A DNA stretch of 64,000 nt from contig JBAZTA010000001.1 of assembly GCA_041662125.1 (NCBI GenBank), positions 3,118-67,117 of the forward strand. Reading direction: 5' to 3'. The DNA comes from Candidatus Omnitrophota bacterium. Lineage in GTDB: Bacteria > Omnitrophota > Gorgyraeia > Gygaellales > Profunditerraquicolaceae. The number at the start of each line of letters is the position of its first letter. Positions within the stretch are counted from its first letter, which is position 1. This document shows positions 21,560 to 31,833 of the stretch, one piece after another. The notes beneath the pieces were generated by a model. The model did not search any database, was not told where the DNA came from, and saw nothing but the letters and a program-made list of their open reading frames with translations. The translations under genes were made by a program, and so were the position numbers.

Positions 21560-22683
21560 ATTTTCAGGAACCTAAAATTCTTAACGGTTTTCCAATCTTC
21601 AAGGCTGACACCCGCCTCTATTGATTTAATAACATTGACCATCTGGCGGGCGCTCACAAAATGCGTAAGATAGTTACGGCCGTCGTTATAATGCTGGATA
21701 AACATGGCAAACAGTTTATCCAGCCCCTGACCTAGTAAATAGTCCATTGAAGCTTCCTGGCAGCCATGAGCATACAACTTCAAGAACAAACAATCCGGCT
21801 TGCCCTTAACATGGATACCAGAATGTATCCATCTTTTTATCCTTTTTAGGCTTACCGGGTAATCATGGGCAAGGCAGCCGTTTTCAATTAACGGAGCAAG
21901 TTCGGATTTATCCCTAAAAAGACCTAAAGAAAGCGGCCCCTGCACCATTAATAACCCTTCCCTGTCAGTTTTTTCTTTTTGAGCGGCTATTCCGCGATCA
22001 TGGGACTTAGGCTTTTTCGGATCATCGACAGCGTAATAAATGCTGTTGATCTTAGAAGTTTGTGTCAAATCCGGAGCCGACGGCATGGTAAAATCGGCAA
22101 AACAACCGGTCTCTTCTAAGATCTGCAACTCATTGTCTATCCCACACCAGCGCTTGTCAGGCCGCGAATTATCCAATGCCCAATTACCGTGGATAAAGCC
22201 GTAGGAAACTCCTCCAGTATTCTTATCCCTGGATAAAAGGGAGTGTTTAGAAGTTAGAATATCCTTGAACTCATTCAGGCTTTTGCGAAGATTACTTTCC
22301 GTATCATTATCATGATGTAAATGGATCTCTACTTCTCCGAAGCCGCGATGGCAAAGATCAGAAAGCATGGCCAAATACTGCGGCTGATACTCTTCTATTG
22401 GATAGAAAAAAGTATATTGCGGAACATTGCCTTTGCCGTTATTATATCTATTAGCTATTTTAGGCCATTGTTCATACCATCTTTTTACCCTTTCCAGGCC
22501 TATTTCATACGAAACTTTCTGCCAAAAAGGTTCAAAATGGTCGCAAATACTTAAAAAAATATGTGTTAGTCCTTTTCGGCGAACAGGTAAAAACATCTTA
22601 ACTAAAGCATCAAATGCATAACCGACAATCCAATTATCTATCTTCTTGAAATCCCTCGATGTCCATTCAAAACGGTTAAACAT
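21556..22683 (-). CDS. Hypothetical protein (operon member, function unknown)
   Basis: 375 aa ORF, 4-bp overlaps with neighbours. Confidence 0.3.
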   Translation of the reverse strand: MFNRFEWTSRDFKKIDNWIVGYAFDALVKMFLPVRRKGLTHIFLSICDHFEPFWQKVSYEIGLERVKRWYEQWPKIANRYNNGKGNVPQYTFFYPIEEYQPQYLAMLSDLCHRGFGEVEIHLHHDNDTESNLRKSLNEFKDILTSKHSLLSRDKNTGGVSYGFIHGNWALDNSRPDKRWCGIDNELQILEETGCFADFTMPSAPDLTQTSKINSIYYAVDDPKKPKSHDRGIAAQKEKTDREGLLMVQGPLSLGLFRDKSELAPLIENGCLAHDYPVSLKRIKRWIHSGIHVKGKPDCLFLKLYAHGCQEASMDYLLGQGLDKLFAMFIQHYNDGRNYLTHFVSARQMVNVIKSIEAGVSLEDWKTVKNFRFLKI

Positions 22684-22697
22684 CTTTATCTTAATAA

Positions 22698-23618
22698 TTA
22701 CCGATTATTCTGGATAGCAAGCCAATTACTAATCTTCTCCAGAAGTACCTGTTGTGAATCCAATGAATGGAATTCATGATTAGCATTTACCACACTAAGG
22801 ACCTCAAACCATTCCTTGTTCTTACCGGTCAAATATCTGTTCTGAAACTTATATTTGAACTCCTTAGCCACGAAATCATTCTGTCCGGTTATGAAAAGGA
22901 TATTCCTTTTTGAAGCCACGTACGAAGTAAAAGCATTCACGAATTTCCTGTTCAACGGCCTACCGAAACCTTCTTCTTTATCGCGGCCTTCTTTTTTACG
23001 TGTCTTTTCCTTGATCACCATAAAAACCATTTGCCCAAGTTTCAGCGGGTTAATCTTAAAAGTAACTAGCTTTAACCAGTATTTCAAATTAAAGATCTTT
23101 TTTAAAGGAGATTCCAAAGCCATCATGGCCGCTAAAGGATTCACATCATAATCCTCTTGTGCGGAATCAAGGTAAACCGGGGGGTCAAGCGATATCACAC
23201 CGCTTATTCTTTTATCAATATCAGCGGCGAGTAAAGACGTTACCCCTCCACCGCACAAACCAGTCATAAAAATCTTATCAGGATCAATCTTTTGAGATAA
23301 GAAATTGATAGCCCCTAAAACATCTTCAACAAAAAACCCATTCTCTATTTTGACAAAATTCAGCACGCTTGGACCAGAGACCAGTTCGCCCTCGCTGTGA
23401 CCAAGGCCGTGAGAATCAAAACGAAAAACATAAAAACCTTGGCGGCACAGCATACGTGCGATCTTTACATATAATCTATGAGGTCCCACCCTATCGAGCA
23501 ATCCTGAATTAAGCATTATCACCAGACTTCTCTTGACGGTATTTCCAGGTTCAGGGCTATGAAGCACACCATAGAGTTTCTGCCCTGCGTTATTATTGAA
23601 ACCAATGATCTCTTCCAT
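22698..23618 (-). CDS. Alpha/beta-hydrolase fold protein with Cys at the nucleophile elbow (GLCGGG; dienelactone-hydrolase-like)
   Basis: 306 aa; G-x-C-x-G in place of G-x-S-x-G. Confidence 0.5.
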   Translation of the reverse strand: MEEIIGFNNNAGQKLYGVLHSPEPGNTVKRSLVIMLNSGLLDRVGPHRLYVKIARMLCRQGFYVFRFDSHGLGHSEGELVSGPSVLNFVKIENGFFVEDVLGAINFLSQKIDPDKIFMTGLCGGGVTSLLAADIDKRISGVISLDPPVYLDSAQEDYDVNPLAAMMALESPLKKIFNLKYWLKLVTFKINPLKLGQMVFMVIKEKTRKKEGRDKEEGFGRPLNRKFVNAFTSYVASKRNILFITGQNDFVAKEFKYKFQNRYLTGKNKEWFEVLSVVNANHEFHSLDSQQVLLEKISNWLAIQNNR

Positions 23619-24446
23619 TTATGCTTTATCCTTGATCCATGAGAGGGTTTTTTCGAATAATTCCTTGTGGTCGGGAATAAAATTCTTTGCGCTTTTCCAA
23701 TTAAAAACCCTAGCCAATAAAAGATAATCCAACGGCTTATTCTTTTCTTTGCAATGGGTTAGGAAATTCTTGATAAATCTATCTGGCAGATTAATCCTTT
23801 CAGCCAATTCCACCACTAAAGTAGGCACATTCTGACCGTTTGAATCCATTAATAAATCTACTTTCTTAAGTTGTGAAAGAAGGCACTGGTTAAGTATAAA
23901 CCCCTCGACCTCAATAAAGCCTTCATTAGAGATGTTTTCGATCAATTTTTGCCTACTGAACTTTATTTTACCGAAATTCGCCATTTGAGAAGCAAGATTA
24001 ATCCTTAACCAGTCCAGCACGTACTCATTGCCGTTTATTACCGGATGCCATAATACTTTAAAATCTATCCCAGTTTTCTGCGGATCTACCAACCCGGCAA
24101 GCGCAGCCCCGAAGCTTATGCCTACCAAACCCAGCCGTTCTACTTTTGTCTCCTGCCTTAAAAAATCAATTGCAGCCTTGATATCTGCGATACGACTTGT
24201 GATATCCGCCTCTTCAAAACTCCCCTCGCTGTCTCCTTCACCAAAATAATCAAACAGAAACACGCATAAACCTTCAGACGCAAGCTGCCTTGAGAAGTTT
24301 ACAAATACTCTTTTGGTGCGATGCCTTTCTTCAGCGATCGGCTGGCAGATCACTATCCCGAATTTATTAACAGGACTTTCCGAACAAAAAAGTATTCCAA
24401 ATAACTTCTGATTATTCTGATTTTTGAAAAAAAACGTTTTTTCCAT
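23619..24446 (-). CDS. Alpha/beta-hydrolase fold protein (GISFG nucleophile elbow)
   Basis: 275 aa; G-x-S-x-G motif; abuts previous hydrolase. Confidence 0.5.
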   Translation of the reverse strand: MEKTFFFKNQNNQKLFGILFCSESPVNKFGIVICQPIAEERHRTKRVFVNFSRQLASEGLCVFLFDYFGEGDSEGSFEEADITSRIADIKAAIDFLRQETKVERLGLVGISFGAALAGLVDPQKTGIDFKVLWHPVINGNEYVLDWLRINLASQMANFGKIKFSRQKLIENISNEGFIEVEGFILNQCLLSQLKKVDLLMDSNGQNVPTLVVELAERINLPDRFIKNFLTHCKEKNKPLDYLLLARVFNWKSAKNFIPDHKELFEKTLSWIKDKA

Positions 24447-24462
24447 TCTTAAATAGTGTCCT

Positions 24463-25380
24463 TTAACAAGCAGTTATCCGGTTATAAACACCGGGAATCA
24501 AAGTAATCATTAGTTTCAACAGGATCTTCAGATCAAATTTGTATTTCAGCGCAGTTAACAGCCATCTGCGCGCTTCAAGCCTCTGTGTAGGTATAAAATA
24601 CCCGTGAGCCACATCAAAAGCTGCATCGAACAACCTTCCCTTATAGAGATTGATGCCTACTATCCTGCGGCATTCCGGAAAAATATCGGCCATCTTCTTC
24701 AAGGTTTTAAAGTGGTTAACATCCATCAAAACACTTCTTTTGGAAAGAGAACTCGAATGTGTCCGCCACTTTGCTAAGCTCAAGTCAAGGAATCCTAATT
24801 CTAAATTATAGGCTATCCTTAAAAACATATCATAATCATCCGTGCCCTTGAGTTCTTCATCGAAAAAACCGACTTTATTGAAGACTGTCTTCTTGACCAT
24901 TACGGTCTGGGGAGCGATAAAATTGCTTTTGAACAGTTCTTTAAAACATATCCCGCTGCAAGGCTTGATACTTCGATATTTCAGATAGCTGTCAGCAAGC
25001 ACCTTATCATTTTCGTCAATTAAAACGCAATCGGAATAAACGAATGAACAATCCTGGTCCTTCCTAAAAAATTCCAGTTTCTTCGCCAATGAATCAGGAG
25101 TATAAATATCATCCTGATCGATAAAAGCGATATATTCTCCACGACTTATCTTTATTCCGACATTCCTACCGTGCGAAGGGCTTCCAGAATTTTCCTGATA
25201 AATATAAATTATACGTTTATCTCCGAATGATTCGATCACCTTGCGGGAATCATCGCGTGATCCGTCATCCACGCAGATCAGCTCAAAATCCTGGCAAGTC
25301 TGGCTCAAAACGCTGTTTATGGTCCTGGATAAGAATTGTTCGCCGTTATAAACGGGCATGATTATACTAACCATTATCAT
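24463..25380 (-). CDS. Glycosyltransferase family 2
   Basis: 305 aa; IIMPVYNGEQFL...DDGSRD GT2 signature. Confidence 0.7.
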   Translation of the reverse strand: MIMVSIIMPVYNGEQFLSRTINSVLSQTCQDFELICVDDGSRDDSRKVIESFGDKRIIYIYQENSGSPSHGRNVGIKISRGEYIAFIDQDDIYTPDSLAKKLEFFRKDQDCSFVYSDCVLIDENDKVLADSYLKYRSIKPCSGICFKELFKSNFIAPQTVMVKKTVFNKVGFFDEELKGTDDYDMFLRIAYNLELGFLDLSLAKWRTHSSSLSKRSVLMDVNHFKTLKKMADIFPECRRIVGINLYKGRLFDAAFDVAHGYFIPTQRLEARRWLLTALKYKFDLKILLKLMITLIPGVYNRITAC

Positions 25381-26255
25381 CGAGACTTAGAAAGCAGGAA
25401 TTTCAAAAGTTCTTCGCCTATTCTTTTTCTTCCCAATTCATTGAGATGACCTTCATCACTGGAATATTCAGCGATGAAAGTATAATATTTCCAACCGCTC
25501 TTAACGAAGAATTCCCTTTTCCCATCTGGATAGGTCGATTCGAATCGGGCTAAGTCAAAGACTTTATCCCCATATTTTTCAATTAAAAGCTTATTGAAGT
25601 TATTACGACTGATATTATTCGCATCTGTCCACATAGAATAGCCAATCATTCTCTTTATTTTAGCCTTTATTCCCGCAGGAGTCACTATGAACGGTACCGT
25701 AAAGTGCAGGAATTTTACTTTCGGATATTTCGCTTCCAGATAAGAAAAAGTATCAACATAATACTGAAAAGTCTTCATTATATCGACATCTTCGCGGATA
25801 TCGATATAACAAAATTTAAAAAATGCAATATCCACATAATCGCCTACTCCGCTGTCCATGATTTTCTTGAAATCATCAATCTTAAAAATCGGATCCCTGT
25901 TTTGGCCAATATTTGAATGAGCAAAAACAGGAGAATCAAAATCAAAAGGATTTTTCGTTTCTTTAATATTAAGCTTAAAATCAGGGTTTTCTTTCATAAT
26001 ATCCCTTATTCCATTAATAATATTTAAACCTACTGACTGATGGCCAAAATATACTTTCTTATTAAGTAAACCTTCAAATTGCTGCTGGGTAATATTGACA
26101 AGATTACTCTTAGCTAATTTTATTTCCCCCATACTTTCTCCTTTGCACCCTAGTATTGATAAAGTTGTTAAGAATACTATAAAAAACCTCATTTTATCCT
26201 CCCTTATATTTTGCTTAAAAGAACTATCTATTGTAGTTACTTCTATACCAATCAA
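25377..26255 (-). CDS. Hypothetical lipoprotein (possible SGNH-like esterase)
   Basis: 292 aa; signal peptide with LSILGC lipobox. Confidence 0.3.
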   Translation of the reverse strand: MIGIEVTTIDSSFKQNIREDKMRFFIVFLTTLSILGCKGESMGEIKLAKSNLVNITQQQFEGLLNKKVYFGHQSVGLNIINGIRDIMKENPDFKLNIKETKNPFDFDSPVFAHSNIGQNRDPIFKIDDFKKIMDSGVGDYVDIAFFKFCYIDIREDVDIMKTFQYYVDTFSYLEAKYPKVKFLHFTVPFIVTPAGIKAKIKRMIGYSMWTDANNISRNNFNKLLIEKYGDKVFDLARFESTYPDGKREFFVKSGWKYYTFIAEYSSDEGHLNELGRKRIGEELLKFLLSKSR

Positions 26256-27159
26256 TAGTCTTATTAATTCCCCTCTTAAAGTTTATTTTTGCGTACCAGC
26301 CTAATTCCTTGAAAATCTTTGTGCAATCTAGAGAATAGCGAATATCATGGCCCGGCCTGTCTTTGACGAACTCAATCATATCTTCCGGAGCAGCCATTAC
26401 ACGCAGGATCATTTTAACCGTATCAATATTCCGGAGCTCCTGACCTGATCCGATATTGTACGCCTGGCCTATCGTGCCTTTTTTAATAACGAGCCACACC
26501 GCCTCTGCGCAATCGGACACATACAGCCATTCCCGCACATTCTGGCCCTTTGCGTACACCGGGATCTTCTTTCCCGCAAGTACCTTATAGACCGCAACAG
26601 GGATAAGTTTTTCAGGAAACTGCCACGGCCCGTAATTATTGCTCGGCCTCACTACAATAACCGGCATGCCATATGTACGATGATACGCCATTACCAACAT
26701 ATCACCAGCAGCTTTGCTAACCGAATATGGCGAATTCGGGTTAAAGGGAGAACTTTCTGTAAAGCTCCCTTTTGCTATTTCACCATATACTTCATCAGTT
26801 GAAATATGAACAAACCTCTTAACCTTGAATTTTCTAACGCAATCGAGCATCAACTGAGTGCCTTTTACGTTCGTATCCATAAAAGGTGATGCGTCTTCGA
26901 TACTACGGTCAACATGCGATTCAGCGGCAAAATGAGCAACCATTGCCGGTCTTTCATTCTGAAATATTGACTCAAGCATGCTTTTATTACAGATATCAAC
27001 CTTATAAAATTTAAATTTACCTCTAACGTCATCAATCCGTTTCAAATCTCCAGCGTAGGTCAACTTATCAACCACGATAATCTGATAGCCTTTTTTTACT
27101 CCCTGCCTAACAAATTCGCTTCCGATAAATCCGGCGCCTCCAGTCACCAAAACTTTCAT
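26224..27159 (-). CDS. rfbB: dTDP-glucose 4,6-dehydratase (start at MKVLVTGG)
   Basis: SDR extended family N-terminus TGGAGFIGS; YxxxK region; adjacent rfbD/rfbA. Confidence 0.8.
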   Translation of the reverse strand: MKVLVTGGAGFIGSEFVRQGVKKGYQIIVVDKLTYAGDLKRIDDVRGKFKFYKVDICNKSMLESIFQNERPAMVAHFAAESHVDRSIEDASPFMDTNVKGTQLMLDCVRKFKVKRFVHISTDEVYGEIAKGSFTESSPFNPNSPYSVSKAAGDMLVMAYHRTYGMPVIVVRPSNNYGPWQFPEKLIPVAVYKVLAGKKIPVYAKGQNVREWLYVSDCAEAVWLVIKKGTIGQAYNIGSGQELRNIDTVKMILRVMAAPEDMIEFVKDRPGHDIRYSLDCTKIFKELGWYAKINFKRGINKTIDWYRSNYNR

Positions 27160-27971
27160 TTTACATACTCCTTTACGCATTCATCTAGAACGTCTTGAAT
27201 CATTCGAACATGAAAGCCGGTTTTTTCTAGTTTATCAACTGACATTACCAGATTTGTCCTTACCAATCCAAGATTGCGATAATCGATGACTGTATAATTA
27301 AAATCAGGCCTATATTTTTTGTATATTTCCATTAATTCCGGATAACGAAGCCCATCTTTATTGACGGTATTAAAGATACCACGAGCGTCAATCTTTAGTA
27401 AATGTTTAACCATTTCAATAAAATCAGGCACATATGTTACAGAATTGGGGATATCAATCACCTTGCCATACTTTAGCAATTTATCCAATACGTTTTTCGG
27501 GTGTGACTTATTATCCAAAGGTATCCTAATTCTAACAACTAGAACATTATATTGTTTTGCTAATACTGCTAAAGCTCGTTCCGCATAAATCTTGGTCCGA
27601 GAATAATACAAATCAAAAAAATCAGGGATATCTTCCTCAGTAATTGGTTTTTGTCGGTTATAATCATAGTGATAAATACAACCGCTTGAGATATGCATAA
27701 ACTTAATCTTACGGCGTAAAGCTACCTCTGCCAAGATCAAAGGAACGAATGTATTCGCCTGCAAAGCCATATCTTTTTCTAATTCGCAATCATCAACATT
27801 TGTCTTTCCAGTAAAACCGATACAATTAATTATGGTGTCAGGCTGAAATTTGGTAATTTCCTCTTCAGCATCATTTAAATTATTGATAAGCCTCTCTGTC
27901 ACTGAACAAGAAAACTCTTTCTGCAATTTACTTCCAATAAATCCTTTACCAAAGATTAATATATTCATCAT
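27156..27971 (-). CDS. rfbD: dTDP-4-dehydrorhamnose reductase
   Basis: 271 aa; NILIFGKGFIGS; gene neighbourhood. Confidence 0.65.
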   Translation of the reverse strand: MMNILIFGKGFIGSKLQKEFSCSVTERLINNLNDAEEEITKFQPDTIINCIGFTGKTNVDDCELEKDMALQANTFVPLILAEVALRRKIKFMHISSGCIYHYDYNRQKPITEEDIPDFFDLYYSRTKIYAERALAVLAKQYNVLVVRIRIPLDNKSHPKNVLDKLLKYGKVIDIPNSVTYVPDFIEMVKHLLKIDARGIFNTVNKDGLRYPELMEIYKKYRPDFNYTVIDYRNLGLVRTNLVMSVDKLEKTGFHVRMIQDVLDECVKEYVK

Positions 27972-27978
27972 TATCTTA

Positions 27979-28833
27979 CTACAAAGAAGTTAAATATTGG
28001 CCATAACTGGTTGAAAAATCACTAGCTAATGCATGCAATTGTATTCTGTTAATAAAACCCATTCTATAGGCTACTTCTTCAATACAGCCTACTTTTAATC
28101 CCTGCCTATCTTCTACCGTTTTAATAAACATAGAAGCATCTATTAACGATTCATATGTTCCAGTATCAAGCCAAGCAAATCCCCTGCCTAAAGTCAAAAC
28201 GGTTAACTGACCTTTTTCTAAATATACGTTATTTACATCTGTAATCTCTAGTTCTCCTCTCTCTGAAGGTTTTATGCGTTTTGCAATATCTATTACCTGA
28301 TTATCATAGAAATACAACCCAGTAACAGCCCAGTGAGATTTTGGCTGCTTTGGTTTTTCTTCAATGGAAAGAGCGCGAAATTTTTCATCAAATTCTACCA
28401 CTCCATAACGCTCTGGATCTTTAACGTAATAACTTAAAACCATTGCTCCCTGTTTTAACATAGCTGCTTGGCTGAGTATTTCGGTAAGATTATGCCCATA
28501 AAAAATATTATCCCCCAACACTAATGATACTGTATCTTTACCAATAAAATCTTCACCAATAAGAAAGCTCTCAGCAAGACCAGCAGGCTTTTCCTGCTGC
28601 GCATAAGTTAAATTAATACCTAACTTTATGCCATCACCTAAAAGATCCTCGAATCTCGGTAAATCCTTTGGGGTAGAAATAATAAGGATATCCTTTATTC
28701 CACTTAACATTAATACCGAAAGAGGATAATAAATCATTGGTTTATCATAAATTGGGAGCATTTGCTTACAAACTCCCTTGGTAATTGGATACAACCTTGT
28801 AGCTTTGCCGCCAGCTAATATTATTCCTTTCAT
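27979..28833 (-). CDS. rfbA: Glucose-1-phosphate thymidylyltransferase
   Basis: [41 protein letters not shown] is near-consensus RmlA. Confidence 0.85.
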   Translation of the reverse strand: MKGIILAGGKATRLYPITKGVCKQMLPIYDKPMIYYPLSVLMLSGIKDILIISTPKDLPRFEDLLGDGIKLGINLTYAQQEKPAGLAESFLIGEDFIGKDTVSLVLGDNIFYGHNLTEILSQAAMLKQGAMVLSYYVKDPERYGVVEFDEKFRALSIEEKPKQPKSHWAVTGLYFYDNQVIDIAKRIKPSERGELEITDVNNVYLEKGQLTVLTLGRGFAWLDTGTYESLIDASMFIKTVEDRQGLKVGCIEEVAYRMGFINRIQLHALASDFSTSYGQYLTSL

Positions 28834-28835
28834 AC

Positions 28836-29835
28836 CTATATACCTGTCTCTTTCAGTCTCTCTTTTACATAAGTAACTGCTTTAAAATCTTCTTTTATCT
28901 CAAACTTCTTTAATCCTTCTTCTCTTGACATAACTCCACTTCTTACCATACCAGCTATTTCAAACGCATAAGGATGAAACTTGTGTTTCTCAATATGCAC
29001 CTGATTGGCAAAAGTATTAAGCAAACAATTTGTGGAATTAGAATCTAAACCCTCGGGATTAATCCAACCAAGTTCTTTGATTTCTTTAATAATTACATGC
29101 TCATCGTAATCCATAAAAGCCAACGGACTAACATTATAAGGGAAAGCGTGCGATTTAAACTGCTCATCAGTTAGAAAGTAGCGATTAATTCCTTCCCCTA
29201 CCAGATCATGCATTGGTTTACGATACATTTCCTGGGTAGTTTTAAACAGCCCAGGATTAATCTTCATAATTGAAGACCGAATTGGAGCCTGACCAGGTGA
29301 CCAGCCCCATGCCATAAGGGGTATCTGTTTTTCTAAAGCAATTTTTAACGCAGTAAATTTGACCAAGCCTATACAAGAAGTACAAATAGTACTTGCCCTT
29401 TCTAATGCTTTTGCTGAATACATAGTATCTTTAATACCAGCAGAAAATATCTTTTTAAGTAGTTGAAAATCAGATTTAAATACGATACTATCTACTCCTA
29501 AGTTTTCACAGATAGTGCGAATATTCTTAAAGGCTTGCTCAGAAATAAATCCATTATCAAAAGTAATGGCAAGTACCCTTAAATTAAACACTCTCTTGAG
29601 CAAATATAATGTGTAAGTGCTATCTTTACCACCAGAATATGCTAAAGTTGCATCATAATCGCTCTTACCTTTAACTTGTTTGATTAAATCCAGGAATTTA
29701 GTGTAATATTCTTGTTTTTCGTCTTTAAGAGCAGCTTCCCCTTTGAAATCGCGGCAGAAGTTACAAACACCTTTATCATCAAAATTGATACCGGGGAACG
29801 TTTCCGGAAGAATACATTTTGTACAGATTTTCATA
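28836..29835 (-). CDS. N-acetyl sugar amidotransferase (WbuX/PseA-like PP-loop enzyme; start at MKICTKC)
   Basis: N-terminal C-x-x-C pairs plus SGGKDS PP-loop. Confidence 0.65.
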
Positions 29836-29836
29836 A

Positions 29837-31822
29837 TTAACCTCTTTTTAGATTGCTTCGTCGCGCTTCGCGCTCCCCGCAATGACACGGGGGGCTATTT
29901 TCAGCTATAAACTGCTTGTGCAGTAAGAGTGTTGTAATAACACCAACAATTGCCATGTTGTCTTTGGCGCTCAATAAAGATGTATCAGTTGTTTTACACT
30001 TCTTTACTAAGTTAGTAACCATTAAAGGATCAAAATAATTCGTTTTTTTTAAGTTATCTTCGGATAACAAATCTTCTACATAGGAATGCTGCTTACCATG
30101 GAAGAAACTCGCGCTATCTGGAGATCTATATCCTTGTTTTTTTCGTTTGCATATTTCTTCTGGTAAATAAGGCTTAGCGATTTTCTTTAGAAGATACTTT
30201 TCATTCATAACTTTTAGTTTCATTTGAGGTGGAAGTTGCGCGCAGAATTCTATAACCCTATAATCCAGGAAAGGAAACCTACCCTCTACAGAATTAGCCA
30301 TCATCATTCTATCCCCTTGAGAAGATAAAAGGTTTCCTGAAAGCAATGTAGCTGCCTCAATATATTGAGCTTGAGAAAGACTATCCCAACTGGTGAATTG
30401 TTTAGGAAAAGACTCTTCAAAGTTATCAACACTTTTGCAATTATTTAACTCGTTTTTAACTTCACGTGAGAATAACGATTTAATTCTTGAAGTTATGTCC
30501 CATCTCGGCAAGTGAGAATAAGATTTTGTATCGGTTTTCAATAAATGATTGCGATAAAACCCTTCTAAAAAAGCAGAAGTTGTCTTGGGCCAGTTTGGTA
30601 TATAGCTGTAAAGTTTTCGCATTAACAAAGGCCTCGATCTTGAATCAGGGTATTTTGCCCAAAAACGGCGGATTTTCATCTCTCGGAAAAGGTCATAACC
30701 ACCTAAAATCTCATCCGCGCCTTCACCGGTAAGAACAACTTTGATATTATTCTGCCGGACAAGTTTAGATAAAATAAATAAAGGAGCAGGAGCAGTCCTA
30801 ATTAAAGGTTTCTCCGCATGCCAAACAACCTGAGGCATAATTTCGCCTATACCAGAATACCCACAGGTAACACCTTTATGCTCTGTTCCAAGAAAATCAG
30901 CCATTTTACGCTGGAAGGCGCCTTCATCGTAATTGGAATCGCTAAAACTTACTGAAAAAGTCTCCAGCTTATTATTAAAATGCTTTTTAACTAACGCGGT
31001 AATAAGTGAAGAATCGAGCCCTCCGCTTAAATAAGCTGCCACAGGGACGTCCGCGCGCAATCGCAGCATAATTGAATCTTTCAATAATTCAAGCAATTCC
31101 GATGCATACTCATCTTCGTTACTTTTTTGGGTTTCTCCTGGAGTATAATAATCAAGTTCCCAATACCGTTTAATATCAATAGTTCCATTGCGCGCAAGAA
31201 GATAATGCGCAGGAGGAAGTTCTTTTATCCCTTCAAAAACGGTCTGTTCAGAAATTGTCGACCAAAAAGTAAATACCTGGTCAAACCCCTTAACGTCAAA
31301 TGCTCGATTTACGCGAGTATCGCTAAAAATCGCCTTAATTTCTGAAGCAAATATCAAAGAACCATCGACAGTCGTATAAAAAAGAGGACGAATTCCCATT
31401 CTATCCCTTGCTAAAAGTAGGCTTTTCTGTCTGGTATCCCAAATCGCAAAAGAAAACTGACCGTTTAAATCGTCAAACATGCCTGTGCCCTTTTCTTCAT
31501 AAAGGTGAATAAGAACTTCAGTATCTGACTTAGTATAAAACTGATGCCCTTTCTTTACTAATTCTTCACGAATTTCCAAATAATTAAATATTTCACCGTT
31601 AAAAACGATCCAAATACTTTTATCTTCATTATGCATCGGCTGTTGACCGCCGCTTAAATCAATAATACTTAACCGTGCGTGTCCCAAACCAATATCGGAA
31701 TCTTTATAAATGCCGAATTCATCAGGGCCGCGATAACGCATAGTTGTTATCATTCGCTTTAGCAGTTCAGTGTCTATTTGGTGTTGTTTGGTTAGGTTAT
31801 AGATTCCTGCAATGCCACACAT
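29837..31822 (-). CDS. Asparagine synthase (glutamine-hydrolysing) family amidotransferase
   Basis: 661 aa; MCGIAG N-terminal Cys nucleophile; SGGLDSS PP-loop. Confidence 0.8.
   Translation of the reverse strand: MCGIAGIYNLTKQHQIDTELLKRMITTMRYRGPDEFGIYKDSDIGLGHARLSIIDLSGGQQPMHNEDKSIWIVFNGEIFNYLEIREELVKKGHQFYTKSDTEVLIHLYEEKGTGMFDDLNGQFSFAIWDTRQKSLLLARDRMGIRPLFYTTVDGSLIFASEIKAIFSDTRVNRAFDVKGFDQVFTFWSTISEQTVFEGIKELPPAHYLLARNGTIDIKRYWELDYYTPGETQKSNEDEYASELLELLKDSIMLRLRADVPVAAYLSGGLDSSLITALVKKHFNNKLETFSVSFSDSNYDEGAFQRKMADFLGTEHKGVTCGYSGIGEIMPQVVWHAEKPLIRTAPAPLFILSKLVRQNNIKVVLTGEGADEILGGYDLFREMKIRRFWAKYPDSRSRPLLMRKLYSYIPNWPKTTSAFLEGFYRNHLLKTDTKSYSHLPRWDITSRIKSLFSREVKNELNNCKSVDNFEESFPKQFTSWDSLSQAQYIEAATLLSGNLLSSQGDRMMMANSVEGRFPFLDYRVIEFCAQLPPQMKLKVMNEKYLLKKIAKPYLPEEICKRKKQGYRSPDSASFFHGKQHSYVEDLLSEDNLKKTNYFDPLMVTNLVKKCKTTDTSLLSAKDNMAIVGVITTLLLHKQFIAENSPPCHCGEREARRSNLKRG
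29851..29898 (-). other. Conserved 5'-leader motif (GTGTCATTGCG-GC hairpin with GAAG loop-CGAAGCAATC) upstream of the N-acetyl sugar amidotransferase gene
   Basis: Shares GATTGCTTCG + GC hairpin (CTTCG loop) + CGCAATGACAC with 44139-44205. Confidence 0.5.
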
Positions 31823-31833
31823 TGTTTAGCTCC